Origin: a virus
Strand: one strand, 5' to 3'
Virus record (IMG/VR): IMGVR_UViG_3300025030_000006
Length of the DNA stretch: 64,000 nt
This document shows positions 29,478-38,233 of the stretch, piece after piece (the stretch's first letter is position 1; each line of letters opens with the position of its first letter). The position numbers and the translations under genes were made by a program. The notes under the pieces are model-generated. The model was not told the origin of the DNA, made no database searches, and saw nothing but the letters and a program-made list of their open reading frames with translations.

Positions 29478-29918
29478 ATGGCTAAGAAAACAAAGAAACT
29501 ATTTTTAAAGAAGAAAGAAGACAATCCGCTGGAATATGTTCTCAATCAAAAACCATTGTATTATTCAGGGTTTTGCTTAACCGATAACAAATCATTCGCT
29601 TTTTTTTACGCCGATGATAAAAATTTTGTTGACAATGTTCCAATAAAAGATTTAAATAGATTTAAACTGAATGAGACAGACTTAGATATGATAATTGACA
29701 AATCGGAAATGGTCATTCCGAGTAAGGGTGTTAAAAAAGTTAATTTTCCTGAAATTGGATTCGTTGACCGTGAAATTTTTAACACCATAAAGAAACTCTA
29801 TCCAAGAAGTGTGTTTCATCGTATCAATAGTTTCTTTGGGCAAGCAGTTAATTCAATGATTATTGTATTGCACGAAGAGTATGGCAAACCAGTAGGTTTA
29901 TTTAAAACCCAACCCTAA
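29478..29918 (+). CDS. hypothetical protein
   Basis: 146-aa ORF with AGAGAGGAAAACC SD. Confidence 0.65.
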   Translation: MAKKTKKLFLKKKEDNPLEYVLNQKPLYYSGFCLTDNKSFAFFYADDKNFVDNVPIKDLNRFKLNETDLDMIIDKSEMVIPSKGVKKVNFPEIGFVDREIFNTIKKLYPRSVFHRINSFFGQAVNSMIIVLHEEYGKPVGLFKTQP

Positions 29919-29941
29919 CATGAAATCAAAGGAGAAAGACA

Positions 29942-30331
29942 ATGGCTAAAGCTAAAAAAGAAGAGGTGAAAGCCCCGGCCAAAGGTAAAGTTAAAAAAGC
30001 TGCTGAAGTGGTTCCGGTTGAAGAAGCGAAACCTGCCAAAGGTAAAAAAGCTGCTGCTCCGGTTATCAAGGAAGTAAAAGGCCGTGGTCGTAAACCTGGT
30101 ATTCGTAACGAGATTACCGAAAAAAATGCTAAGGCGCTTAAAAATCAATTTGAAGCTATGGAATCCCAATTCAATACTTTGGCTGAAAATGTTGGCGCTC
30201 TGATTGAGAAAAGCAATAAAAGTGCGGCTAAAGATGCGCGTACTTGTTGCCAGAATCTTGTGAAGATGTTGAAACCTTTTAGGCAGAGTTTACAACAGGC
30301 AAAAACTGAAATGAAACAAGTTTCTGTGTAA
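29942..30331 (+). CDS. histone H1-like nucleoid protein (Hc1-type domain) with Lys/Ala-rich tail and AT-hook
   Basis: N-terminal KAKKEEVKAPAKGKVKKAAE... and GRGRKPG AT-hook core. C-terminal EKSNKSAAKDARTCCQNLVKMLKPFRQSLQQAK resembles the Hc1 motif EKGNKAA..RAR...L.LEK.LK.FRK.S. GC and codon choice (CGT, CCG, GCG) differ from neighbours. Confidence 0.6.
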   Translation: MAKAKKEEVKAPAKGKVKKAAEVVPVEEAKPAKGKKAAAPVIKEVKGRGRKPGIRNEITEKNAKALKNQFEAMESQFNTLAENVGALIEKSNKSAAKDARTCCQNLVKMLKPFRQSLQQAKTEMKQVSV

Positions 30332-30373
30332 TTGTTTTATTATTCTATTTAATTTTTAAAGAGAAGGCACCAT

Positions 30374-30422
30374 GAAAAGGGAATGAGTCTGGTAAACTTG
30401 TTCCCTTTTCTTTTATCTTTTT
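30374..30422 (+). terminator. rho-independent terminator
   Basis: GAAAAGGGAA-N17-TTCCCTTTTC followed by TTTTATCTTTTT. Confidence 0.7.
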
Positions 30423-30450
30423 CATCTTGTATTAATAAGGAGTATATATT

Positions 30451-30639
30451 ATGGCAAACGGTAAAGTAGAAGTAACAATAAATGTAGAAAAAATAATACA
30501 TGAAAAATTATCTGATTTCTTTAAACAAATAAAAGATGAACATAATATTTATATAATAAAAGTTGAGCCTAAGTGGTTACATGGTAATGTAGGGGCGTTG
30601 ATTATTGAAAGTCACTATCTTCCAAAGGGGGAAGAATAA
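30451..30639 (+). CDS. hypothetical protein
   Basis: 62-aa ORF with AAGGAG SD. Confidence 0.6.
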   Translation: MANGKVEVTINVEKIIHEKLSDFFKQIKDEHNIYIIKVEPKWLHGNVGALIIESHYLPKGEE

Positions 30640-30652
30640 AAGGAATAAATAA

Positions 30653-30943
30653 ATGAGTGAAAGAAAATTTGGTGAATTTAAATGTAAAGAATGTGGTAAG
30701 ATATTTTTTCAAAAAAGATTACTCGATTGTCATACTGGAAGTCATAAACGTGGTTACACAGGAAAACCTAAATGTAAAAAATGTGGTTGTGAATTAAATA
30801 AAAAAACATGGCTCCCAAGTTTGGAAAAGAGTAGCAATCTTCTTTGTCGTGTCTGTTTGCGTAAAAGAAACTCGGACAGTTATAAAAGAAAAAAACAAAG
30901 AAAAATAGAAGAAATAAAACAAAGGAAAAATAAATGCGATTAA
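30653..30943 (+). CDS. zinc-finger protein (C2H2-like finger plus zinc ribbon), basic C-terminus
   Basis: FKCKECGKIFFQKRLLDCHTGSH fits C-x2-C-x12-H-x4-H. Second CxxC...CxxC pair is KCKKCG...CRVC. Ends in a K/R-rich tail. Confidence 0.55.
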   Translation: MSERKFGEFKCKECGKIFFQKRLLDCHTGSHKRGYTGKPKCKKCGCELNKKTWLPSLEKSSNLLCRVCLRKRNSDSYKRKKQRKIEEIKQRKNKCD

Positions 30944-32478
30944 TTATTTCATTATTGGTTTATAACCAACTAGAGGTAACAAAGAAATGTATTGAATCCA
31001 TTCTTGAAAATACCGTCACTGAAGATTACCTTCTTATTATTTCTGATAATGCCTCAAGACCAGATACCAAAAAATACCTTTCCTCGTTAAAACATAAAAA
31101 AATCAAATATGTCAGAAACAAAGAAAACCTTGGATTTATCAAAGCACATAATAATATTTTCAATTCCACTAAATCAAAATATTTCTGCGTTTTGAATAAT
31201 GATTTAATTATTAAAACAAAAGGATGGGATTACAAGTTTATCCATATAATGGAAGAACACTTTGGATTAGCCCAGATTGGCCCAAGACAGGCTTATGGCT
31301 ACTTGGGTTCAGATGGGAAAGGTTGTCCAAGGAAAAGCCAAGGAATTGATTATATCGAGGGTTCTTGTTTCATTGTGAATCGCGATTATGTCAATACGGT
31401 TGGTGGTTTGTTTGAAGAAAAATACATGAACTTCGCTTTTTGTGAAGATGCTGATTTATCCCTTAGATTGAGAAATTATGGTTATAAAATTGCTGAATGT
31501 ATTGATATAAATATTTTGCATTTACATCATCAGTCTTTTAAAAATGAAAAAGTGGACATTGATTTCAAAAAAATTGAAATGGAAAATAATTTATTTTTAA
31601 GAGAAAGATGGAAGAAATATCTTAAAACAAGGAAATTTGAGCCTATGAGAATATTAGTTATTCGGGATGGAGCAATTGGTGACACTTTCTTAGTAACTGG
31701 TATTCTTCCGCTTTTAAAAGAAAAATATCCTAGTTGTCAAATATTCTTTGAAACATCTTGTCCTCAAGGTTTGGTGAATAATCCTTATATTATTGAATAC
31801 GGAAAAGGCTTAAAGCATAAATTTCAATATGACTTAACTATTGATTTAAATCTGGTATATGAAAGAAAACCAAATATCCATCCAATTAATGCTTATGCTG
31901 AAACTGCTGGTGTTATTCTAAAAGAGGGTGAAGGAAAACCTGTCTATTACGGGATTGATAAAAACAATAAGAAAAAAGATAATACAATAATTGTCAATTC
32001 AGAAGGAAGTTGGGAAAGTAGAACATGGCCTTTGGATAGATGGAAATTATTCATTGAATATGTAAAAGAAAAATATAAAGACAAAACAATTATTGAAGTT
32101 GGTTCTAATCCATCTTATTATTTGGGCGTTGGTTTAAATTTAGTTGGGAAAACAACATTCCAACAAACAATGAATTTAATTAATAATTCTGATATGTATT
32201 TGGGAATGGACGGAAGTTTAGCCCATTTTGCACAATCAATGAATATTCCAACATTTTTGATTTTTGGTTGCACTTCACCCCACTTGCGGGTACACAATTG
32301 GAAAATTACAAATGTAGTATGGTTGGATAAAACAAAAAACCCTTGTGCTGGTTGTCACCATGATTTGGAAGAAGCACCAAAGGTATTTACAAAATGCAAA
32401 AGAGATAAAATTTATTGTTTGGAAAATATTACTTTGGAAATGGTTATTGATAAATTTGAAAGGGGTACAAAATTGTGA
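30934..32478 (+). CDS. bifunctional glycosyltransferase: GT2 (N-terminal) fused to GT9 heptosyltransferase-like (C-terminal)
   Basis: N-terminal ISLLVYNQ..CIESIL.NT...LIISDNASRPDT...N.GF..AHN...LNND plus CEDADLSLR (GT2). C-terminal RILVIRDGAIGDTFLVTGILPLLKEKYP ... VGKTTFQQTMNLINNSDMYLGMDGSLAHFAQSMNIPTFLIFG (GT9/RfaF-like). Confidence 0.75.
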   Translation: MRLIISLLVYNQLEVTKKCIESILENTVTEDYLLIISDNASRPDTKKYLSSLKHKKIKYVRNKENLGFIKAHNNIFNSTKSKYFCVLNNDLIIKTKGWDYKFIHIMEEHFGLAQIGPRQAYGYLGSDGKGCPRKSQGIDYIEGSCFIVNRDYVNTVGGLFEEKYMNFAFCEDADLSLRLRNYGYKIAECIDINILHLHHQSFKNEKVDIDFKKIEMENNLFLRERWKKYLKTRKFEPMRILVIRDGAIGDTFLVTGILPLLKEKYPSCQIFFETSCPQGLVNNPYIIEYGKGLKHKFQYDLTIDLNLVYERKPNIHPINAYAETAGVILKEGEGKPVYYGIDKNNKKKDNTIIVNSEGSWESRTWPLDRWKLFIEYVKEKYKDKTIIEVGSNPSYYLGVGLNLVGKTTFQQTMNLINNSDMYLGMDGSLAHFAQSMNIPTFLIFGCTSPHLRVHNWKITNVVWLDKTKNPCAGCHHDLEEAPKVFTKCKRDKIYCLENITLEMVIDKFERGTKL

Positions 32479-32603
32479 GTTATCATAATTGTAAAGGCTA
32501 TAGACCAAAAGAAGCAAAAATTGGTGATGAGTTCAGATGTATTTGTGGTGTAAGATATAAGCTGATTAGGAAATTTCCTTGGAATAAATGGGTAAAAATC
32601 TAA
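32475..32603 (+). CDS. possible 42-aa miniprotein (GTG start)
   Basis: GTGA overlap with the upstream stop. No SD seen, so support is weak. Confidence 0.25.
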   Translation: MSYHNCKGYRPKEAKIGDEFRCICGVRYKLIRKFPWNKWVKI

Positions 32604-32619
32604 CAAAGGAGAAAAAGTA

Positions 32620-33315
32620 ATGCCTTATCCTGAAAGACAAATCGTTGTGGAAAAGAAAAAGGAAAACTTTGATAAAACTGGTTATCCTGAAAGAACGTTC
32701 AATTCAGATTATTGGCTATATTCTGATGGTGTAAATCCTGCCAGAATTGATAAAAGTGCTCACCAATTGATTAATTATTTTACTCGTTTGTTTAATAATT
32801 TTATTGGTGATAATGATTTTACAATTCTTGACGTTGGTGCTGGTGCTGGCAGCATGGTTCAGCAATTCAGAGATAAAGGATATAAAGCTGAAGGTTGTGA
32901 ATTTTCTGAATCAGGAAGAATAATTGCAAAAGAAAGATTTAATATTGATTTGGAATTCTGTGATTTGAGAAATAAACTGCCTTATGATAATGACCAATTT
33001 GATTGGTCCTATTGTGTGGGTGTTCTTTCCATGATTCCAAAAAACAAAATGGAAAATGCTATTTCTGAAATCATGCGAGTAACCAAATATGGTTTTCTTT
33101 TAAATGTTGGAACCATTGTAAATGATGCCGGTGGGGATAGGAGAGGAAACCCACACCATATTACCGCAATGAATTGTCCTGATTATTGGAAAATAATCAA
33201 CAAACTTGGTGGTTATAGTTGGACTTCCATTCAACCACCACAAAAAGCATTTTTCGGAATGGGCGTTATGGATGAATTCTGTGGTCTATTTTCTAAAAAT
33301 AAATGGGAATTTTAA
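32620..33315 (+). CDS. class I SAM-dependent methyltransferase
   Basis: Motif I ILDVGAGAGSMV, followed by acidic motif II and the typical spacing. AAGGAG SD. Confidence 0.75.
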   Translation: MPYPERQIVVEKKKENFDKTGYPERTFNSDYWLYSDGVNPARIDKSAHQLINYFTRLFNNFIGDNDFTILDVGAGAGSMVQQFRDKGYKAEGCEFSESGRIIAKERFNIDLEFCDLRNKLPYDNDQFDWSYCVGVLSMIPKNKMENAISEIMRVTKYGFLLNVGTIVNDAGGDRRGNPHHITAMNCPDYWKIINKLGGYSWTSIQPPQKAFFGMGVMDEFCGLFSKNKWEF

Positions 33316-33336
33316 ATATAATAAAGGAGATTTAAA

Positions 33337-33861
33337 ATGTCTGAAACAAACAAGCACCGCCATTTATTTACTGAATACTGTCAGGGAACGGGCTTAGATA
33401 TTGGTTATGGTGGTGATGCCATAACTCCTACTGCAATCACCTTTGATTTGCCCGATAAATATAGTTCAGTGGGGGATGACCCACAAAATATAGAAGGAGA
33501 TGCAAGAGATTTATCCATGTTTTCTGATAATAGTTTATCGTACATTTTTAGTAGTCATGTAATTGAGGACTTTTTAAATCCACAAGATGTATTAATTGAA
33601 TGGCTTAGAGTTATTAAACCAAATGGTTATCTTTGTCTCCTTTTTCCCGATGAATCCATTTATAGACAAAAAACAAAAATAAGAAATACAGAACATAAAT
33701 ATGCTGAATTTGGAATGAACTTTGTAACAAACATCCTTAGCAATATTTCAAAGGTAAAAACATTTTGCAAAGAATATAGCCTTTATATCATTCATTCTGA
33801 AGAACATTTTGAAAACGATGATTACAATTGTATTTTAATCGTTCAAAAGATAATGGAATGA
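33337..33861 (+). CDS. SAM-dependent methyltransferase (Methyltransf_11-like)
   Basis: GLDIGYGGD motif I, ...SHVIEDF... and LRVIKPNGYL motifs. Confidence 0.65.
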   Translation: MSETNKHRHLFTEYCQGTGLDIGYGGDAITPTAITFDLPDKYSSVGDDPQNIEGDARDLSMFSDNSLSYIFSSHVIEDFLNPQDVLIEWLRVIKPNGYLCLLFPDESIYRQKTKIRNTEHKYAEFGMNFVTNILSNISKVKTFCKEYSLYIIHSEEHFENDDYNCILIVQKIME

Positions 33862-33864
33862 AAA

Positions 33865-34680
33865 ATGAAGATTTTAATTTCTACACTTGCGTTTTCCAAT
33901 CCAGAATTATTGGATAAATGTATTTCTTCATGGCCTAAAAATGTAGATAAATGTGTTTTATGGCAGGGATTTCGTCATCCTGAAATGGAACCAATTATAA
34001 ATAAACACAGAGATAATCTTTCTATTTATTTGCGAAGAAAAAATAATTGGTATGTTTCGGGTGGTTGGAATATTATTTTACGAGAAGCATTTTTAAAAAA
34101 TGATTTTGATGGTGTTGTTTTGGTTGGTAGTGATACTGCTTTTTTATCTGGGTTTTGGGAAGAATTTATTTATAAAATAGAAAAATATGATTTTGTAGAA
34201 TCTTCCCACCAATTTAATTGTTTTTATGTAAGTAGAAAGTGTTTTGATATTGTTGGTACTTTTGATGAAAATATTGTGAATTATTGTGAAGATGATGATT
34301 ATAGACTGAGGGTAAAACTTTCAGGAATTAATTATTTACACAGTAAAGGAAATAAAGATTTATTTTTACATGAATATTCTTCTACTGTTAGAAAAAATCC
34401 AATTTATGCTTTAAAATCAAGAAAATCATTTGCTTTGAATAAACAATATATGACTGAAAAATGGGGAGGAATTGAACAGTCTATTCCTAAGTGGAATCCA
34501 GTTTATAAAACCCCATTCAATGACCCTAATTGGCCTTTAGATAAATGGGTTTTAAATCCACAAGGCAGAATCGCAAGACTGTGGGATAACATTATAGAAG
34601 ACAAGGATGATGATAGATTAATTCATTTGGTCAATGCCTTGAAATACCCTGATAAATATATTTATGATTATAAAACTTGA
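33865..34680 (+). CDS. glycosyltransferase family 2-like protein
   Basis: N-terminal KILISTLAFSNPELLDKCISS and a CEDDDYRLR (DxD-type) motif. Confidence 0.5.
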   Translation: MKILISTLAFSNPELLDKCISSWPKNVDKCVLWQGFRHPEMEPIINKHRDNLSIYLRRKNNWYVSGGWNIILREAFLKNDFDGVVLVGSDTAFLSGFWEEFIYKIEKYDFVESSHQFNCFYVSRKCFDIVGTFDENIVNYCEDDDYRLRVKLSGINYLHSKGNKDLFLHEYSSTVRKNPIYALKSRKSFALNKQYMTEKWGGIEQSIPKWNPVYKTPFNDPNWPLDKWVLNPQGRIARLWDNIIEDKDDDRLIHLVNALKYPDKYIYDYKT

Positions 34681-34691
34681 AAGGAAATTTT

Positions 34692-34916
34692 ATGGCTTGT
34701 AATATTTGTGGAAAAACAGGAACACATTTAGAAGATTTAAATAAAGAATACCAAACTGAAAAAATAAAACAAATTTGCTCAAGTTGTACCGCCGATGTAA
34801 ACAAACACCTTTGGGACATAAGAAGATTATCATCAAAAATGACTGAACATTGGCTTAAAAGATTTATGACCACCCTAAAAGAAAAGTTTACTGGAAAGGA
34901 AACAAGAAATGATTAG
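34692..34916 (+). CDS. small CxxC protein
   Basis: ORF-track ORF 34677..34916. ATG 34692 follows AAAGGA. MACNICGK...CSSC. Confidence 0.5.
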   Translation: MACNICGKTGTHLEDLNKEYQTEKIKQICSSCTADVNKHLWDIRRLSSKMTEHWLKRFMTTLKEKFTGKETRND

Positions 34917-35046
34917 TGTCTATTGTTGTGAAGCAACAACCTGCAAATGGAATGAAAATAAACGATGTTGTCATTCTGCTGATGAAATTACCATAGATTC
35001 ATTTGGTCATTGTGAAGAATATGAAATGAATTCAATGGAGAAATAA
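34909..35046 (+). CDS. DUF1540-like Cys-rich miniprotein (45 aa)
   Basis: MISVYCCEATTCKWNENKRCCHSADEITIDSFGHCEEY. Below the ORF-track size cutoff. Start overlaps the upstream stop. Confidence 0.45.
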   Translation: MISVYCCEATTCKWNENKRCCHSADEITIDSFGHCEEYEMNSMEK

Positions 35047-35223
35047 ATGGCTATTCGTGAATTTGAATGTCCTAAATGTGGTTTGGTTAAAGAATTATTG
35101 ATTAATTCAAATCAAATTATTCCAAAAACAATTTTAAAAGGTTGTGATAATTGTCAGGAAGATTTAAATTATAAACTTAGTGTTCCCGGTTTTCACAGGA
35201 ATAAAACCATTTATGGAGAATAA
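35047..35223 (+). CDS. FmdB-type zinc-ribbon miniprotein (58 aa)
   Basis: MAIREFECPKCG...CDNC fits the CxxC_CxxC_SSSS pattern. ATG abuts the upstream TAA. Confidence 0.55.
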   Translation: MAIREFECPKCGLVKELLINSNQIIPKTILKGCDNCQEDLNYKLSVPGFHRNKTIYGE

Positions 35224-35228
35224 ATAAA

Positions 35229-35555
35229 ATGAACATTAATATTGGTGATAAATGTTTGATTACAACAGATAATTATTTTGTTGCTCCTGATGGAAAACAA
35301 TATCGTTCCGTCTTTGGTACTGTTAAAGCTGTTCATGATGCCCAAACTGTTTTGGGAATTAAGCCAAATGCAAAATCAACAAATTGGTATGTAGAAATTG
35401 GAAACATGATTCTTGCTGGCTGTCAAATTCATTATTTAGTTAAAACGGATAAAGTTTCTTATAATATGATTACTGATACCACTTGGGGGGGTGGTATTTA
35501 TACCACTTTCACAAGAGAGACAGTAATTTACAATGCTGACGGAGAACAATTATGA
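35229..35555 (+). CDS. hypothetical protein
   Basis: 108-aa ORF in a tightly packed operon. Confidence 0.6.
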   Translation: MNINIGDKCLITTDNYFVAPDGKQYRSVFGTVKAVHDAQTVLGIKPNAKSTNWYVEIGNMILAGCQIHYLVKTDKVSYNMITDTTWGGGIYTTFTRETVIYNADGEQL

Positions 35556-35800
35556 ATTGGGAGCTAACATCAAAAAACAAGAGTGGGGAAATACAAGTTA
35601 ATTTTTTCTGGGTATGTACTCTTATTGTTTTTATTGGTTTTCTTTTGGGCATTGGTTTTACTGTAGCTTATTTTGTGATTCATTATATTCTTGGAAATGA
35701 TGGTTTCTATATTTACTTTTTCTTTAAAAAATATTGGGTTGCTCTGTTTATTGGTTTTATTGTTTTTTGTGCTTATAAAATTAAAAAGGAGAATATTTAA
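35552..35800 (+). CDS. membrane protein (2 TM)
   Basis: ATGA coupling. Two long hydrophobic stretches. Confidence 0.6.
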   Translation: MNWELTSKNKSGEIQVNFFWVCTLIVFIGFLLGIGFTVAYFVIHYILGNDGFYIYFFFKKYWVALFIGFIVFCAYKIKKENI

Positions 35801-36163
35801 ATGAGTATAGAATGTTATCATGGTCATTGTGAACACCATGACAAAGAGGAACCATATTGCAACCTAGATGAATGTGTTAGTGGTAATGACACTATAAAAG
35901 AAAATAAAACCATTCCTTTGGATAAATTTGACAAATTAAAAAAATGTAAAAATTACAAAATATTTAATATAGGTAAATACCTATTTGCAATTGCATTTGC
36001 TTCAGAAAAAGGTGACAGAATTTGGGCTAAACAAAATGAAGAAGGAACAGAAAGAACAAATTATTATTTATCAATAAGCAAAACTAAAATGATAAAAGTT
36101 AAAAGCACCACAACATTATATACCCTTATTTTTGGTCCATTTAATTTTACCATTGGAAAATAA
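35801..36163 (+). CDS. hypothetical protein
   Basis: 120-aa ORF abutting the upstream stop. AAGGAG SD. Confidence 0.6.
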   Translation: MSIECYHGHCEHHDKEEPYCNLDECVSGNDTIKENKTIPLDKFDKLKKCKNYKIFNIGKYLFAIAFASEKGDRIWAKQNEEGTERTNYYLSISKTKMIKVKSTTTLYTLIFGPFNFTIGK

Positions 36164-36176
36164 AGGAGAATGTTTA

Positions 36177-36347
36177 ATGTGGTATAATTTTAAATCATGG
36201 TTCAATAGTAATATTATGTTTTTTAGTTTTGGAAAATATTGGAAAGGCGTTTATATCCATTTTCTTCCTAAATATTGCTACAGATTTTTTTATACAAATT
36301 GTTTTAAGATTGATAAACATAAAAAACCAGGGGGGCACTTTAAATGA
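36177..36347 (+). CDS. hypothetical protein
   Basis: ATG 36177 follows AAAGGAGAATG. The ORF-track start (36132) is less likely. Confidence 0.45.
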   Translation: MWYNFKSWFNSNIMFFSFGKYWKGVYIHFLPKYCYRFFYTNCFKIDKHKKPGGHFK

Positions 36348-36607
36348 TAAAGCGTGGCAACATAAAATCGTGCAAGGTTTATATTAAAGAAAACGGCAAA
36401 ATGGTCACAAAATATTCAGTACAAGTGAGACTTAGAAATAAACAAGATTGGATTCAGGCCAGAAAAGGGGAGGAACAACTTATCTTTATGACGCCTGAAG
36501 AAGCAAATAAAGTAGTTATTGATTATGTAGAAGAAATTAAAAAATCTATGAATGATAAAATTAAAGAAGGAAAAGTAAAACTCAAAATGGAAAGGAAAAT
36601 AAAATGA
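36344..36607 (+). CDS. hypothetical protein
   Basis: 87 aa, ATGA coupling. Confidence 0.6.
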   Translation: MIKRGNIKSCKVYIKENGKMVTKYSVQVRLRNKQDWIQARKGEEQLIFMTPEEANKVVIDYVEEIKKSMNDKIKEGKVKLKMERKIK

Positions 36608-36858
36608 GTAAACGAGGAGAAAATTGGAAAAAGTTTTCTGATGAAGTTCTTCTTCATATTGAAAATTATACTGTTCCTCAATATGGAGATGAAGGAGAAG
36701 ACCAAGTTTCTGAGTGGGAAATTAGTGATTTTCTAACCACTATTAAAAAGTACCTTGCACGTTATGGAAAAAATGTGCGTGAAGGGGAACAAAGAAGAGA
36801 CTTTGTAAAAATTGCTCATTACGCTTCTATGGTTGCTGAAAAATATTCGGAGGAATAA
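36604..36858 (+). CDS. DUF3310-like protein (weak)
   Basis: 84 aa. ...FLTTIKKYLARYGKN....DFVKIAHYASMV resembles the DUF3310 core. Confidence 0.5.
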   Translation: MSKRGENWKKFSDEVLLHIENYTVPQYGDEGEDQVSEWEISDFLTTIKKYLARYGKNVREGEQRRDFVKIAHYASMVAEKYSEE

Positions 36859-36859
36859 A

Positions 36860-37087
36860 ATGAGACAATGGTTTAATAATTATATTACTAAAATATATAC
36901 GAGGTTTACCCTTTGGCTTATGAAAGGAACAAATGTAACAGTTTTATTTACAGAAGATAAAAGATATATTGTTTTGATGAATGAAGAAAAATATAAAGAA
37001 TGGGAAGATTTTGAAAATAATTTCTTTGTTGTATATGAGAACGAACAACAATTAAAGATGGATTTTCCAAATGCGGAAAAAATATAA
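36860..37087 (+). CDS. hypothetical protein
   Basis: ATG 36860 follows GGAGGAATAAA. Confidence 0.55.
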   Translation: MRQWFNNYITKIYTRFTLWLMKGTNVTVLFTEDKRYIVLMNEEKYKEWEDFENNFFVVYENEQQLKMDFPNAEKI

Positions 37088-37199
37088 ATGCCCTTATTGT
37101 AAAAAGATTCTTGAAAGAGAATCAAAAAAACAATGGATAAAATCTTATTGCGTGCTAAAAGATGGATATATCAGATTACAAATTATAAGAGAGGAATAA

Positions 37200-37646
37200 A
37201 TGAAATTATGGTTTTCTTCAACGAAGTACGGAATGACACTACCACAAAAACTTAAAGTACAAGAATTCTTGGTCAAAAATAAAGAAATTATAAAAACAAT
37301 CAGGCATGAAGATTTCATTGGCGGTGAAGAAGAATTTCATAGAATGTGTTTAAATTTTGATTTATTTAATAAAATAATTATTCATCCACCAAAAGATAGA
37401 ACCAATAGGGCTTTATGCAAAGCATCGGTTATTCTTGACCCTATGATGGATTCCACCAGTAGAAGAAGTAATATGGCTATTAAATCTGATTTTCTTTTAG
37501 CCACACCTCACAGTTATTCAGAAAATATCAGGAAGGGTTGCTGGCAATCAATCAGAATAGCAAAGCAAAAAGAAATGGATTTATTAATTGTTTTTCCTGA
37601 CGGGAGTCTTTGTAATGAGTATGAAATTAGCAGAAATAAAAATTGA
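37200..37646 (+). CDS. hypothetical protein (possible SLOG/DUF2493-like fold, weak)
   Basis: 148-aa ORF with GAGAGGAATAA SD. Confidence 0.55.
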   Translation: MKLWFSSTKYGMTLPQKLKVQEFLVKNKEIIKTIRHEDFIGGEEEFHRMCLNFDLFNKIIIHPPKDRTNRALCKASVILDPMMDSTSRRSNMAIKSDFLLATPHSYSENIRKGCWQSIRIAKQKEMDLLIVFPDGSLCNEYEISRNKN

Positions 37647-37809
37647 TAAAGACAAAGCAGAAGACTATGTTTTTATCAGAGAACAATTAATACAAAACAA
37701 TTTTAAATTAAATAAGGATTACCCACAATACATAATGCCTGTTTCTGAAACATCAATAATAAAATACGTGGAAAAAGATTTTATACTCTATGTTCAGGAG
37801 AAAACATAA
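37615..37809 (+). CDS. hypothetical protein
   Basis: ATG 37615 follows GGGAG. Overlaps the upstream gene by 32 nt. Confidence 0.45.
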   Translation: MSMKLAEIKIDKDKAEDYVFIREQLIQNNFKLNKDYPQYIMPVSETSIIKYVEKDFILYVQEKT

Positions 37810-37810
37810 T

Positions 37811-37996
37811 ATGTATACAGGAGAGGATATTATAAATGGAATAAAACACATGCAAAATAATGGAAAATATTATATAACAGCGGATGCAGAAGAATTTGCA
37901 AAAAGAGTGATTAATCATATAAATATGTATAGACATGATAAATACATTGAAGAAGTATTTGATAAATCAAAACAAGATATGGAAGAAAAACTATAA
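37811..37996 (+). CDS. hypothetical protein
   Basis: ATG 37811 follows CAGGAGAAAAC. Last gene before the terminator. Confidence 0.55.
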   Translation: MYTGEDIINGIKHMQNNGKYYITADAEEFAKRVINHINMYRHDKYIEEVFDKSKQDMEEKL

Positions 37997-37999
37997 AAT

Positions 38000-38033
38000 A
38001 TAGCCCCTTTCCAAATCATAGGAAAGGGGCTAT
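38000..38033. terminator. bidirectional terminator between convergent blocks
   Basis: ATAGCCCCTTTCC-aaatcata-GGAAAGGGGCTAT followed by ATTTGTG. Separates the plus operon from the minus lysis-like block. Confidence 0.75.
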
Positions 38034-38098
38034 ATTTGTGTCTATAATCACTATAAAATAATGAATATTCCAGTAAAACATACCAATAATTCTGAATA

Positions 38099-38233
38099 TT
38101 AGAACTTAAAAAGCGTATAATTTATTATAATTCCATCCTCTAATCTTTCATCAAAATCCCTTCTAGCACGTTCTTTTTCCAAAACACAACCATACAAAAT
38201 AAAAGTCATAAGGAATAAAAGAATTAGTTTCAT
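38099..38233 (-). CDS. small lipoprotein (44 aa), o-spanin-like position
   Basis: MKLILLFLMTFILYGC: signal peptide plus lipobox-like LYGC. ATGA overlap with the upstream membrane protein gene. Below the ORF-track cutoff. Confidence 0.5.
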   Translation of the reverse strand: MKLILLFLMTFILYGCVLEKERARRDFDERLEDGIIINYTLFKF

